Notes under the pieces: model-generated | What the model saw: only the letters and a program-made list of their open reading frames with translations | What the model was told of the DNA's origin: nothing | Databases searched by the model: none | DNA from: Chromera velia | Taxonomy: Eukaryota | Assembly: GCA_018398765.1 (NCBI GenBank) | Contig: JAHBMJ010000417.1 | Location: 1 to 47,994 of the forward strand | DNA: 47,994 nt | Direction of reading: 5' to 3' | Made by a program: the position numbers and the translations under genes | Part shown: one piece after another, positions 11,430 through 24,736 of the stretch | Position numbering within the stretch: the first letter of the stretch is position 1 | How the letters are laid out: every line of letters begins with the position of its first letter

Positions 11430-12751
11430 GTCTTTAGTGACTTGCCGAACGCTAGACGCATATTATATTATCTGCCTATCCGCAAGTCAGACATGGATGC
11501 ATTAGATGTCCTTCAATTGCACTTTATCCGTTGGGCTTTGAATCTGTCTCTCTCCTCTTTCCGTATACCTACTCTATGTACTGTTGGTCTACTTCCTGCA
11601 TGTGTGCATGTGTCGATGAGACTTGCTGGGTATTTGACTAACTTAAAACATATTGACCTCAAGATGCCCGCGGGTGCCTGGTCGGCTTTAATGAATGGTG
11701 ATTGTCCTTCCTCTATGATGCACGCACAAAAATTGATTGGGTCGACCGGATTGGAAGAATTTGTGACTGTCAATCCAACCATCAGAAGAAGAAAGAAAGC
11801 CACCAAGGTTGGCTGTCTCCTTCTCTTAAGAGCAGTGATCAACCGGGAAGTTGATGAATGGATTGATGGTTGTCTAGAAAGGGCCGCTTCACGGGGGGCA
11901 GTTTTACAGTTTGGCAGAGGCGTCAGACCGAATGTGTTCCAAACGTCTTATCCTACTGCCGAACGTTTGTCTCTCCTCTTCCTTTCCTCTACTTTTCCTT
12001 CATCCCCTTCGTCCCCCCGTTTCGTTTCCCTCCCTCACGCTGCGATCTGGTCCTCAGGCCCTTTTTCAGCCTTGCTGTATAAGTTGCTTGGTGGTCGTCC
12101 CCATGTACCGTACAGAGGGCTGGAAGACGCGGTTTGCCCTGCATGCAGGGGTAAAGCAGACGATCTACTGCACCGACTGACTGAATGCACAGAAATAAGA
12201 GCAAATCGAGAGGCTCTGAATGCAATTGTAACCGAAATTGAAGCTAAATTGGACAGAGCCTAAGAAAGAGAGAGAAAGTGGTTGCTATCGAAAGACTCCA
12301 CCCCTCTAAAACACGCCACGCAAAGCGAATTGTTGGCACGAATGAAGGTCACCCTGGCACTCGGACACTCACCCATACCGGCCCTGCGACTCTTACGAAA
12401 CATCTGTCTGCGCCCTCCATCGTAAGGCCTGCGATTCGATGCATGTGATGGTTACTTACCTCTCTTCCCGTCTCACCTTTGAATGTTCTTTTTCCATCTC
12501 CCACGTACATCTCCCGTCCCCCCTCTCTACCGGTCTTCCTGTCTGCCTCTACTGCCTGAGAGTCTCTGTTGCAGTTGTCGCACTCCTCCCACAGAAGGGA
12601 AACGACATCAACGATTTAGAAGGCATCTTCTAGATGCAGGGTGTTTAGAGTTGTGAGAGTGAAGCCCCCTCCCATTGTATGATGCAGGTCTGGCAAAGGG
12701 GCAATAAAGCATTGTCCTAGACTCATGCACTGCATGATGGCCTATAGACCG

Positions 12752-12783
<32 letters not shown>
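11430..12783 (+). mobile_element. 5'-truncated LINE ORF2 C-terminal fragment with (AAT)10 tail
   Basis: ORF 11442-12263 has ALDVLQLHFIRWALNLSLSSFRIPTLCTVGLLP (post-RT thumb/linker motif) and CPACRGKADDLLHRLTEC (CCHC knuckle). The frame continues past TAA 12261-12263 to about 12425. (AAT)n tail at about 12754-12783. Confidence 0.75.
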
Positions 12784-12787
<4 letters not shown>

Positions 12788-13419
12788 GTTGACTAAACCC
12801 GGCAGCCATCGTGTCCTAATGGCAGAAAGCAGTCTGAGCATACATGTATTGCAGGCCTAAGAGCGTAAAAGCTCGCTCAGAGAGGCCACGTACACTGAGT
12901 TCGACCCATTACTAGACCTATTATGCCGTAGCAATGATGCTGGCACCCGTACCGCCCCCATCCTGCCCACAGTTTTTTTCTCTACTTTAATATAAGTTTG
13001 GAAAGCAGAATACATAACACTAGACATGCCAAGCCTAGTAACATGCATATGTACGGCAAAATGTAATGTTTAAACATATAACGGCGTCTAAGGCTTTTCA
13101 CTATAATTTAGTCTACCAAGTTTTCAAATAATCGACAAACCTAGCAACAAACCGATTCATTTAACCGAACCACCCGCTAGGCCGCCCAGTTCTGGCGGCT
13201 GTGTAGCTAGCTTTGTAGCTATAAATTATGCATACAGTGCATAAATGTCAGGACAGGCTCATAATTTGGTGTGTCGGCACTCTGTTTCGCTTTCTACATG
13301 TTTGTTTATGCTTTTTGAAATCTTGAGTGCACTGTTTATTTGCTCTCGATCTTCATCGGAGGCTCGTCTCGCCGTCTCTCTTTGATCTCTCCCGCGTAAG
13401 CCGTTTGTTTATTGGTCGC

Positions 13420-14045
13420 TTAATCGAAGAGATCGAAGTCCATGGCCTCCTCCTCCTCCTCTTCGACGGGCTGCAAGACCAAGGAAGAGTGGGGGGGGAG
13501 ATGCAAGACATGGGAAAGCGCTGGATGCAGGGGCAAACTGCCGGAAGACAAGAGATTGCAGAGAAATACACGGTAAAGAGGACAGAACAAGGAAAGCAAG
13601 AATACGCAGAGATGGACAACCTGGCAAACTCTGAGCCACAGAAGAAATGCTGGGTCCATTGAAAGCACGACGTGTACAGAAAGAAAAATGCAGACACACG
13701 CGGTCCAAGTAGATCGATTGGATCTGCCGACAAACACAGCGCAAATGTTCCTAGATCGCACAAGGAAGGAACATGGAAGCTTGACTAATGGAAAGGCCCC
13801 TTCTACGGTTTTTCTGTACCATTATCTTTCGAGAATGAATTGAAAGACGGATGGAGGCGGTGAATGTTCAGTTGCCCCTGGAAGTTTCACCCCGACCCCA
13901 AAACCCCCTTTGAGAAACCACTGTTGTGACAGGAAAGAGAAACAAAGTAAAACAAAAACGTGACATGCAATAAAAGGAAGTAAATCTTCAGTCACCAGAC
14001 TATCTCCAGCCTTCTCTCTCTATGTGTTGAGTGTGACTGTCAGTG

Positions 14046-14125
<80 letters not shown>

Positions 14126-15025
14126 CGCGCATTCATCGACGATCCATCCGGCAACACCCGTTTCCGTTGTTTTCCTGCACATGTCTATTCATTTACATGC
14201 GCGCAATATGCGTCAGACTCTTTTCACTTGGTGCATTCCTTGGTCTGTTTCATTCAAGACTGACAGCAGCCTCCTTCTTCTCCTCAGCAGCGCCGCCAGC
14301 AGCACCGCCGTCACCACCAGCAGCGGCAGGGGCGCCACCTGCAACACGACGAAGAGCCACACACACGCACACATGCCCTCAAGCGCTCTCACACACAGAT
14401 GAAAGAGAATGTCCGGACCTAAAATTGAACGATGTGAGAACGGACGAGAAATGCTGATTGGGAAAAGGGAGGCAACAAGCGACAGAAAATGAGAAATGAG
14501 GGGGGGCACACAGAGGAGAAAGCGAACTAAAGTGGGAGAGGAAAGCCAGGGGAAGCAGGGTGAGGGGGAGAGATGGTGAAGGAGAAAGACTGACCGCCAC
14601 CGCCACCGCTTCCGACGTTGGAGATGAGATCTCCGACCTTCACGTCCTGCAGAAACGAAACACACAGAGAAGAGAATGATCCGAAATGGAAAGAATGACA
14701 GCGGGTTGCAGATTTCTGGAGTTTGATCCGGACCGTAAGGAAAACAAAGGATGCAAACTAAACAAAAGAAAGAGAAGCGTCCGCTGAAACAGAAAAACCG
14801 CGTGGATAAGGCTGCTTTCAGAGAGATCGGTTGACTTACCTTGAAGAGCTTAGCGAAGAGGCCAGGAAGGTAAGCCTCCACCTTAGCTCCGGTGGCGCTG
14901 ATGAGCTTGTTCATGTTATCTGCGGAGATCTCAATCTCGTCATCATGAAGGATGAGGGCAGCGTAGGTGCAGAGGAGCTCGCCCTTCTCGGCGTCAGAGA
15001 GCTGAGAAACGGGGACAGCGGCCAT
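13420..15025 (-). CDS. RPLP1: 60S acidic ribosomal protein P1, 120 aa; exons 15025-14840, 14646-14595, 14338-14265, 13470-13420
   Basis: ELLCTYAALILHDDEIEISADNMNKLISATGAKVEAYLPGLFAKLFK / DVKVGDLISNVGSGGGG / Ala-Gly hinge / EEEEEEAMDFDLFD*. GT-AG introns are in phase. Confidence 0.97.
14050..14130. repeat. Intronic (CT)n(GT)n(GC)n microsatellite
   Basis: Directly visible in RPLP1 intron 3. Confidence 0.95.
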
Positions 15026-15528
15026 TGTGGCAAACGTACAATAGCAGTTTAAGCCGTCACTTCGATCGCCGGCAGAGGAAGAGGGACCTTTACGAGGAAG
15101 TAGGAACGGACCGAGCCGTTTCTCTAGTCACTGCCCATCGAAAGTAAATCCACCTGCAGGCTTGAATTCGCTTTCGCGGACCACCCAAGACTTTCCGGGG
15201 CACCCCTGAATAATCGGCTCGTGGCAGAAAACCGAACAGTCCGAAAGATCCGATTCCATGGCAGTATCAGACTGACAGCCACGCAGCTATGCCTATACAG
15301 TCGATCAAATGGAGCCTGAACTGCTGAATGTGTGCAAGAGATGACTGAAAGAATGCAAAAGTGTGATCGTTTTTAGCTGAAAGCAGTTTGTTCGTGATCC
15401 GCTTTGATTGACTGGTCGATCGAGTTGCGGCTCTCGAGATCAGGCGGGCAGACAAGCAGGAAAGGACTTGATCTCTCCTTTTTCCAACAACTGTCTTCGT
15501 CTTACAGTGTTCTGGTCACCCCTGCAAG
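15026..15528. promoter_or_regulatory. Putative bidirectional promoter and 5'UTRs shared by RPLP1 and NOG1
   Basis: 503 bp between divergent start codons (15025 minus, 15529 plus), with no microsatellites. Confidence 0.6.
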
Positions 15529-18500
15529 ATGACGACGCAGCTCTATAACTTCAAGGTTAGTTGTCTCTGAACTCTCCCCGGTTACTCTCTTGCTCTGCTC
15601 CAAATGCAACTGATCAGAGGCATGGGTACCCTGTTCAACTCTTCTTTCCTGTCGTGTCCTCTCCCCCCTGTCTCGCCTGCATACAGGAGATTACCGTGGT
15701 TCCCAATGCGAAGGAGTTGATTGACATCATCCTCTCGAAGACGCAGAGGAAGACTCCCACCGTGGTGCACCCGAACTACCAGATCTCCCGTATTCGAACC
15801 TTTTATATGCAGAAGGTCAAGTTCTGCCAGCAGTCCTATCACGAAAAGCTGTCAGACATCCTGAAGGAATTTCCCAGACTCGACGTCAGTCCGGCAGTCA
15901 GGCTGGCAGGCAGGCAAGCAAGGAAGCCAGCAGAAAGGCAGGCAAGAAAGGCAGGCACAGCTGAGCAAGCAAGTGGGCAAGCGGACAGGCAGCAGGCAGA
16001 CAGACAAGCCGTCGGTCAGGCGAGCAGAGATAGAGGCGTTAGGCGGTCACGGAAGCATACCTCGGGAGAGAAAGGGTCTGCAGGCCAATTGCGGTAAAAA
16101 AGGCTTTTAGTGTGCTGGAAAGAAGCTCGTGGTCATTCAGGCACCTGTAGTTCTTCCTTTGGCCCTCTTCTTCTCGCGAGAAGTTTTCATCTAGTGCATT
16201 TACGTCTTTGGCCTTTGAATTTCATCAGGCGATCCCAGCCCCAACAAACGTGCGATCTCAACTGATCCATCTATTTATGCAGTGAAGGCAGGCATTCACC
16301 AAAATTACTCTTGCCTTGTGAATGAACCGAAAACGCGTCGAACGTTTCAAAAGTAAAGACGAAGCACACTCCGATTGATTGCGGAAATTGTTTGCAGGAC
16401 ATCCATCCCTTCTACGCGGACCTCTGCAATGTCCTGTATGACCGGGATCACTACAAGCTGGCTCTCGGCCAGGTCTGTTCTCTTCTATTCTATTCTCTTG
16501 TCCCTTCTGACTGACTTACGGACTGAAGGGCAGGGCTGGCTGCTGGAGGTTTCGGACTGCCTCCTCTATGCGATCGCATAGGAAAGAAATCAACAGTATC
16601 GTTGAAGCTGCTCTGGGGTGCGTATGGCGGTGAGGAGAGTGATGCGGGCAGAGGTTTTCTTGTCTCTTCTTTTCCTGCAATGCACAGTTTGTGTTTAGAC
16701 TTGAGAGAGACTTTAGAGGCCCACCCACCGGCATGGATCGGCTTTCGCATTTTGGGTGCTGGGTCTTCAGATCGTCAAAACATGCGGCAGACGACAAACC
16801 GCTACAACTCTTTTCTTTTGCCTCAGTATATTCACTTCTTCGCGTTGACTGGCTGTCTGTCTGGCAGGTTGCGGCTGTACGCAACATCATCGACAACATC
16901 GCGAAGGACTACGTCCGTCTGTTGAAGTACGCAGACTCGGCATACAAGTGCAAGATGCTCAAGAGAGCAGGTAGGTACCTACCTGGGCGGGTAGGGGGGG
17001 AACACTTTGGCACAATGTGTGAGAGGGAATTTGTGCTCCCTCCTCTCTCTGCGTGAAGGCATACTCTTTCTTCACTCGTTTGTTCACAATCTCTTCACGT
17101 CTCTGGACTGTTCTTCTTGTTTTTCTTCTCATCCTGTTGCTTTTTTCATTCCATTTTTTTCTTTCACTGCATGATGCATGCAGGTCTGGGACGTATGTGC
17201 ACTGCGGTGAAGAAGCTCCAGGCGTCTCTGACGTACCTTGAGGAAGTCAGGCAGCATCTCTCCAGGCTGCCTTCGATTAACCCGTCAGTCAGTTGAGTGA
17301 GCACGTGCATGAATCTGAAAGTGAAAAAATAAAATAATATGCGTGATTCAAGCTCTATGTTCGTACGCAAAGGCAGCAAGAGACCTTTCCCAGACCCTCC
17401 CCCTCTCTCTCTCAGAGAGACCACATCGATGAGAAATGTTCACTAACGAAGGACACAGACTGACTGCCCGCATGTCGAGTTTGTATCGGTATCCCTCTCA
17501 GTGATCGACGGATGGAAATGCAGGGGCGCGAAAAGGGGAACGAACTTGCTGAAGTGATGTTTCTTTGTGTTGGTTCTTCTTTCCCAAGTTCAACGCTTCC
17601 TGGCCGTCTCTTCTCTTCTCTCCTCTGCCCCTTCCCTGTCTGTTCTCTTCTCTTCCCTTAGCTTCTCCTTCTTTCTTTCTTTCTGCCTGCCTGCGTGCCT
17701 GCCTGTGTGCCTGCCTGCGTACAGTTCCACTCGGACCCTGATCCTGTCGGGGTACCCGAATGTTGGCAAGTCGAGCTTCATGAATCAGGTCGGTCGGATG
17801 GATGGATGGAATGCTGGGAATAGAGGGAGGGAGGGAATCATGGGGCCATCTTTCTCTCTCATCATTCATCGAGTGCGTAGAGAGGAGATGGGAACTTCCG
17901 TTTCTTCTTCGAGTCTCGCAACCGACGAAACAAAAGAACGAACAGAAGAAAGAAATCAAGAAGAGACAGAGAAAGGGAAGGTCAAGAGAACCGTGGTGTG
18001 TTGGGGGGGGGCAGTGAGATGTTCTGTCTGTCTGCTGCCTGTCCGCTGTCTTGGCGTGATCTGACCTTGATTGCTTTTTTCTTCTCCCCTAACCTCTCTC
18101 TCATCGTTGTTTTCACCAAAGCCTGAGGTCACTGCCGCGTCCCTCCCACCCTCCCTGCCTGGCTGCCTCTTTTCAGGTGACCAATGCATACGTTTACTTT
18201 CATACAGAATTCTTTTTCATACAGAATGAAAGTAAACGTATGCCTCTTTTCAGGTGACCAATGCATACGTTTACTTTCATACAGAATTCTTTTTCATACA
18301 GTATGAAAGTAAACGTATGCCTCTTTTCAGGTGACCAATGCATACGTTTACTTTCATACAGAATTCTTTTTCATACAGTATGAAAGTAAACGTATTCCTC
18401 TTTTCAGGTGACCAATGCAGGAGTGCAGGTCGAACCTTATGCCTTCACCACCAAGTCCCTCTTCGTTGGACATTTTGACTATCAGTACAGCAGGTGGCAG

Positions 18501-19478
18501 GTTCGTTGGTTGGTTGGTGCGGCTCTTCTTTTGTTCATCGTTCGGTGGCTCTGGGATTGAGTGGTTGGCCCCTCCCTGCTTTTCTCTTTGTTTCCCCTTG
18601 TCTTATCGAATCTTGCCTTGGTTTCTCGATTCGTCCTGTTGCTCAGCATCAAGATCAAGACCACGCATGCATGTGCGCGGACAGTCCCCGCCCCACCACG
18701 CAGATAATTCTGAAATATCAACGACAAATCGGTTTTGAGCGATCGAACTCTGGATGTCAGCTTGAGGAGGCAATCAAGCAAGCAAGAAAGTAGGATGTCA
18801 CCATGATTTGTTTGTTTTTTTGTGTCTCTGCGTTCCCCCCCGGCTGTCAATTGGAGAAGTGTACAAGGACAAATTTTTGCCTGCTTGCTGGTTCGGTTGT
18901 TTGCTTGCAGGTGATCGACACCCCGGGAATTTTGGACAGGCCGCTCGACCAAAGAAACAGAATTGAGATGAGCGCTATCACGGCGCTTGCCCACATTCAG
19001 GTTGGTGCCTGGGCCTCTCAGATGGTCTTTCTGTCCATCCGTCCGTCCATTTTTTCAGAGCCACCACACCCCTCTGAAAGCAGGTTTCTTTGCTGTGTGG
19101 TTATTCGTGCCATTTTGTCGAGACGGTGTGGGTGACCGTCTCTCTCGGTTCTCCATCACGCAGAGCCTTTCCTTTGAGCCCTGCAAATCCTCTCTGATGA
19201 TTCTCTCCCCCACCCCAACCCATGCACATACATACGCATGCCTGCAGGCTTCGATTCTGTACTTTATTGACGTCTCCGAGCAGTGTGGGTGGAACATTCA
19301 GGCACAGGTATTCAAGGGAAGGGGGGGGGAGTGAAGTCTGTTTTTGTTTTTTTCCCTGGTTGTTGTCTTCTTCCTCCTCTTCTGCCGAGTGAGCAGGGTT
19401 TCCCTAGCTGCATTTTCTTTGTTTTGTGTCAGGTCGAGTGATGAGGGAAGGGGACGAGGAAGAGTTCTGGAGTCCAGA

Positions 19479-19519
<41 letters not shown>

Positions 19520-22500
19520 TTTCTCACACACACAGAGGGTGGGGGTGAAGAATGGCGAAAAAGAGGCGGAGTTGGCCCTTCCCTTTCTTTTCCTCCCCCT
19601 TGTGGGCTTTCTACTTCACCTCTCCTCTTACCCTCTTCCCTTCCCTTCACATACAGGTGGCGCTGTTCCATTCCATCAAGCCGCTGTTCAAAAATAAGCC
19701 GGTGATGGTAGTCTGCAATAAGGTGAGTGTTTGTGGGGGGGTGGGGGGGTGGGTTTGTTCATCTGTGTGGGTTTTTCTTTGTCGGCTTGCTTTTCCTTTT
19801 GCCGGACAAATGGTTTTGGTCGTTATTTCTTTCTATTTCTTTCCTGCTTTTGGATTTCCCGTCATGCCTCTGTTCTTTTTGAGATTTTGTTTCGCGTCTG
19901 GTGGTCCCGCTCTTCTTCCCTCCCACCTTTTTTTTTTCTTTCATGGATCGATGTGTGTGTGTGTGTCTGTGTCTGTGTCTGTGCCTGTGTGTGTACGATC
20001 GATTGAGGTTCTGCAGATTGATGTGAAGCCCATCGAGTCCCTCTCTGAGGAGGACAAAATGGCCATCGAGAGCATGCGGGAGGGGGGGGACGGCGTTGAG
20101 TTCCTTGCCACTTCCTGTCTGAAGTCAGAGGGGGTAGACCAGGCAAAGAACAGAGCCTGTGATCTTCTCCTGAAGAAAAGAGTCGAAAAGAAAATTGAGA
20201 CCAACAAAGTCGGGGCCATCGAATCCAGACTCCACATCGCCATCCCCAAAAACGTCCGTTCCTCCATCCATCTGTCCGCGCTATTTTCTATTTCTACCTT
20301 GTTCCTTTTGTTCGTGCGCCCTGTGCAGTAGTGAAGGAGTTGTCCCGTCAGCGTGGCACTGCAGTGATGAATTGTATTTTGGTTTTTTCATGTTCCGTCT
20401 GTACGACTTTGTTGCACTTTCGTTGCCTTCTTAATTCGTGGTCTTCGGTCTTCGTTGTTGCAGGTCCGCGCAGGTCGTCAGGCGTTCATTCCTGAGTCCG
20501 TGCTGCAACAGAGAGCCGTGGCTCCATCTGGGCAGGTCTGTCTTTCTTTCGGGGGTCTTTTTCTGAGACCCTTCCACTGCTGGCTTTGTCTTTTTCTGCT
20601 CTTTGGATGAGAGAGAACAGCAGAGAGGGGTGAAAGGAAAGAGTCGATTCGATTCTGGTCTCTGTGTCCTTTCGCCCCCACTTTGTTCCGCGCTCTCTAT
20701 CGTTCAAGTCGTCTGTCTGTCCGTTTCCCTCCCCCCCCTTTGGTTTGCTCCTTCGTCTCGTGGCGCCTCTTGTGCAAGCACCTGCCTGACGGGGGTGAAA
20801 AAAAGGAAGGCACAAAGACCCTCTCGTTGCCTGTTGAGGGAGGAGGTTCAAACAGATTCATTCTTCCAGATAATGCATGCACGCACTCTCGTCTCGTTCG
20901 CAGGCAGTTAGCTGTACAAAGGGAAAAATTAAATTATCCCGCCACTTTCTCATGCTGTCACGCGTTCAATCTGCGACCAATATATTCTCTTTCCGCTGTT
21001 CTCGTGCACCAGTTTTGCCTGTCTGTCTGTCTGTCTGTCGGGATGTCTTTGCAGCTGCCCGAGCGTGAGTGGAAGACGGAGAAGGAACTCCAGGAGGAGG
21101 CCGGAGGGGCAGGGGTCTACAATGTTGATCTGAACAGTCAGTCTGTCTCTCAGTGAGTGAGTGAGTTTTCTTCTCCGCTCTGCTTCTTCCGCGCCCTCGT
21201 GGTTCTTGTCATCGGCAGCCATACAGGCAGGGAGCGAGAGGGAGGCCGAGAGGGAGACATGGGGGCATGATGCGGACAGAAGGAACGAAAGAAAGCACGA
21301 GGGAGGGCGTTCGCATGATGTGCAAGTCTACTGATCGAGGAGTCGGTTTCCACTTTTCTCCCCCCCATCCCCATTTATTTTTTCATTTTCCACCGCTGTC
21401 TGTCGCTTGTAGGATCATTGACTCATCTGATCATTTCCCCCCAACTAGCATGCTCGTCAGTTTGTTTCGTCTCGTCTCGTTGAGACCGCCGTCTGTATGT
21501 ATTCGTCTCGACCTGCGCATGTCGAAAGGAGTCTCCGCGTGTATCAGAAGTTTTGGTTTCAAGAGCTGAGGGTGCGGATGTGCATAGGACTGAGCTGATT
21601 GTTTCTTCTTCTGAAAACGGTGTCGTCGAATAAATGAATGAAATGAATGATTGCAGAGCGCTTTCTTTTGGAGAACGAAGAGTGGCGGTACGACAACGTG
21701 CCCGAGATTTTTGAGGGAAAGAACATTGCTGACTTCATTGACCCCGATATCAATTTGAAGATCAGAGAACTGGAGAAAGAGGAGGCCACGCTGCTGCAAG
21801 AGGCAGACAACATGGACGTGAGTGAGTAAGCTTGCCTAACTGCAGAGTTTCTTTCTGAGTGATTCTCTCTTTCGAGAGAATGAGTGAGTGAGTGAGTGAG
21901 TCAGGCAGGAAGGTTTGTAGACACGAACGACGATCAATCATTGCATCCATCACTGTGTCTGTCTGTCTGTCTCTGTCTGTCTGTCTGTCTGTGGCGACAT
22001 TCGTTTGCGGATCGGCTCACTGCCTGAGAGGATGTGACGAGAGGATGTGAAGACTATGAAGAAGTATCTTTTGTAAACAGTTCTGTCCAGGTGGAAGGGA
22101 CGGACGCTCTGTCGTTTGTGTGCGTGCATCAAAGCATGAGTCCGACAGTAGATGAATGAATGAATGAATGAATGGATGGATGGATGGATGGATGAATGGA
22201 TTGGCAAGAGAGGGACCGAATGAACGAACGAACGAACGAACGAACGACCGACCGACCGAATGAACGAATGTTTGCATGCAGTGGGACGATGTGGAGTGGA
22301 AGGAGACGCAGAGGATCCTCGACGAGATCCACGGGAAGATCCGTCTCCACAGGATGGAGAAGGGGGACAAGCCGAAGGGACACACCGCCAGGGTGGCAAG
22401 GAAGGTGGGTGGATGGAGGAGAGAAAGGTGGGGATTGTATCCATAGATCTTGGAGGGATGGGTGGGTGCTCGGAAAAGAAAAAGAGTGACTGGAGGAAAA

Positions 22501-23684
22501 CAAAAACGAGGGGAAGGGTGGGGGAAAGGACTGAAGGAAGAGCTTCTGTTTCCCTGTTTTCATTGTCCCAGATCCTTCACGGCCGGTACAATTAAGGTGT
22601 CCATACTTGTTGGCTTACCACTGACACAATCTCCCTTTTCCCCCTTTTTACAGTTTCTCAGTAAGGATCTTCTGTCTGCCTGTACATCTTTCTTTCTTTC
22701 TGCCTTATTGTTCAGAAAGGCGCGACGGCCTCCGAGGTCGAGGCTCACCTGGGAAGGTTTGGGTACGAGACGGAGGGCGTGACGGCGAGGGCGGCGAGGA
22801 GACGGGCACCTCTGTCAAGAGCACAGCCTCAAGGAGACGCCCAGATGGGAACAGATGAGGTCAGCAGAAAGAGAATGGAGAGGTGTAGGAGAGGTCACGG
22901 TGTGCGCTCATGGAGGGACGGCATCATCTGCTGATAAATAAAAGCATGATCATGAAGTGAAGGAAAACTTAGAAGCGACGGGACTGGGGACGTGACACAA
23001 GAGAGGAGAGACGAGGAGAAAAGAAAGTACGAAAGGACCGAAAATTCTTCTTCAAGAAGAGCAGAAGAAAAACAAACAGGGAATTGAAAACGGCGTCTCA
23101 TCACTTGAAGCGTGATATCCCTTTTCCGTGGAAGCAACGGAAGAAATTTCGCCCCTCTTTTTTCAAAGAAAAGCTACGTTTTGTGCACATGCCAGCCGTT
23201 CCCTCCTCTTCTATCCACGTTTTCCTGCCCTCCTACTGCCTGCCCCGACGCATCCGGTCTCTCTCTCTCTCTGTCCATCTGTTCATCTATCCATCCACCC
23301 ATGCATCGGACGGACAGTCGGAGCCCGTTCTGGGTAAGAGGAAACGCGGCAGGGACGAGGATGAGGACATGACGGGAGGAGAGGCAGGCGCAGGACCTGC
23401 CGGGGCTGCTTTCGGACCGGTGGATGTGGACATGCAGGACGTGAGTTAGTCAGTCAGTCACTTACTAATTGCATGCATGTTGTTTCCTCTCTCTTTCTTC
23501 TTTTTTCTTTCCTACTGAGGCCTTTCCTTCGTTTTGATTTTGTGCTTTCTCCTCTCCTTTTTCTTTTCGTTTTCTGTGCTTGATTTTCTGCCTTGCCGAA
23601 TGTTGACAAGAACTTGACCGGCCAGGTTTATCGTGTCGAATTTGTGCTCGAGTTGCACCATAACGTGTTCTTGCGCATGCAATT

Positions 23685-23723
<39 letters not shown>

Positions 23724-24694
23724 GTCTCTCCCTCTCCCTTGTTGTACACTTCTCTCTCATGCATGTTCGTATGACTGTCCATCCAACCATTGATCCATCC
23801 ATCTATTCATCCATCCATCCATCTGTTCGTCCTTCCAGGTTTGGAGAAACCCCAAACGAGCACGCAGCGACGCCATCAGCAACAAGGAACAGGCAGCAGG
23901 GCTCGACCCGAAAAAATCCCAAGACAAGAACCCCCACAAGGGCAGAGGTGTGGATAGGGTCAACCTCGGTCTCGCAAAGGAGAAGGTCCGTCCGTCGGTG
24001 CATGCATGTCTCTCTGTCTGCATGCCTCTGTGACCGTCTATCTCCTTGAATCTCACAGCCAAATTTGCGCATGGTCCTGATGCAATCTCACGAAGCGTGT
24101 CTCTCTTGAATGCATTCCAAGAACGACCTAAAGCAGTCACGTCTCTCTCCTCTTCTCTCCCTCTCTCTCTCTCGCTCCCTTTTCTCTCTCTCTACGGAGG
24201 CTGTATGTGGAAGAGTCGCTGCGTACGACCGCAGAGACGTTTGAGAAGCGCGTCTGACCAGTTTGTATTTGTCTGTCGTTTGTTCGTTCGTTCTCTGAAA
24301 GTGCACATTTTTTGGGGGAGGAGGAGAAAGTATCCACAGTGGATTGAACAAGCGTGCTTTGTCGTCAGCAGACTCTCGAATTTTACTGTCGGTCGAGAAA
24401 AGAAAAAGAAAGGTCTCTCTTACTGATCATGCTGGGCGTGTTGTTTATTTCGTTCAGGATAAGAAGAAGGCACTGAAGGGAAAACTCCGCACGGACAAGA
24501 AACTGAAGCAAACGGTAAGTGAGGGAGGACAATTGAGGGAAAGGGGGAGGGAGGGAGGGAGTGAAAACAGACCTACCGCGTGGTTGCATGGATGGTTTTG
24601 TGATTCATATTCATTTGTCCCTTTCGCCCTCTCTTTTTCTCTATGTCCCGCTTTGTCTTTGTTTCTCTTGTTCTCTTTCTCTCTTTCTCTCTTC

Positions 24695-24736
<42 letters not shown>

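Noticed and set aside
18164..18419. CRISPR array (25-bp repeats with spacers)
   Set aside because: The spacers are near-identical to one another, the repeat is a host splice junction, the context is a eukaryotic intron, and there are no cas genes.
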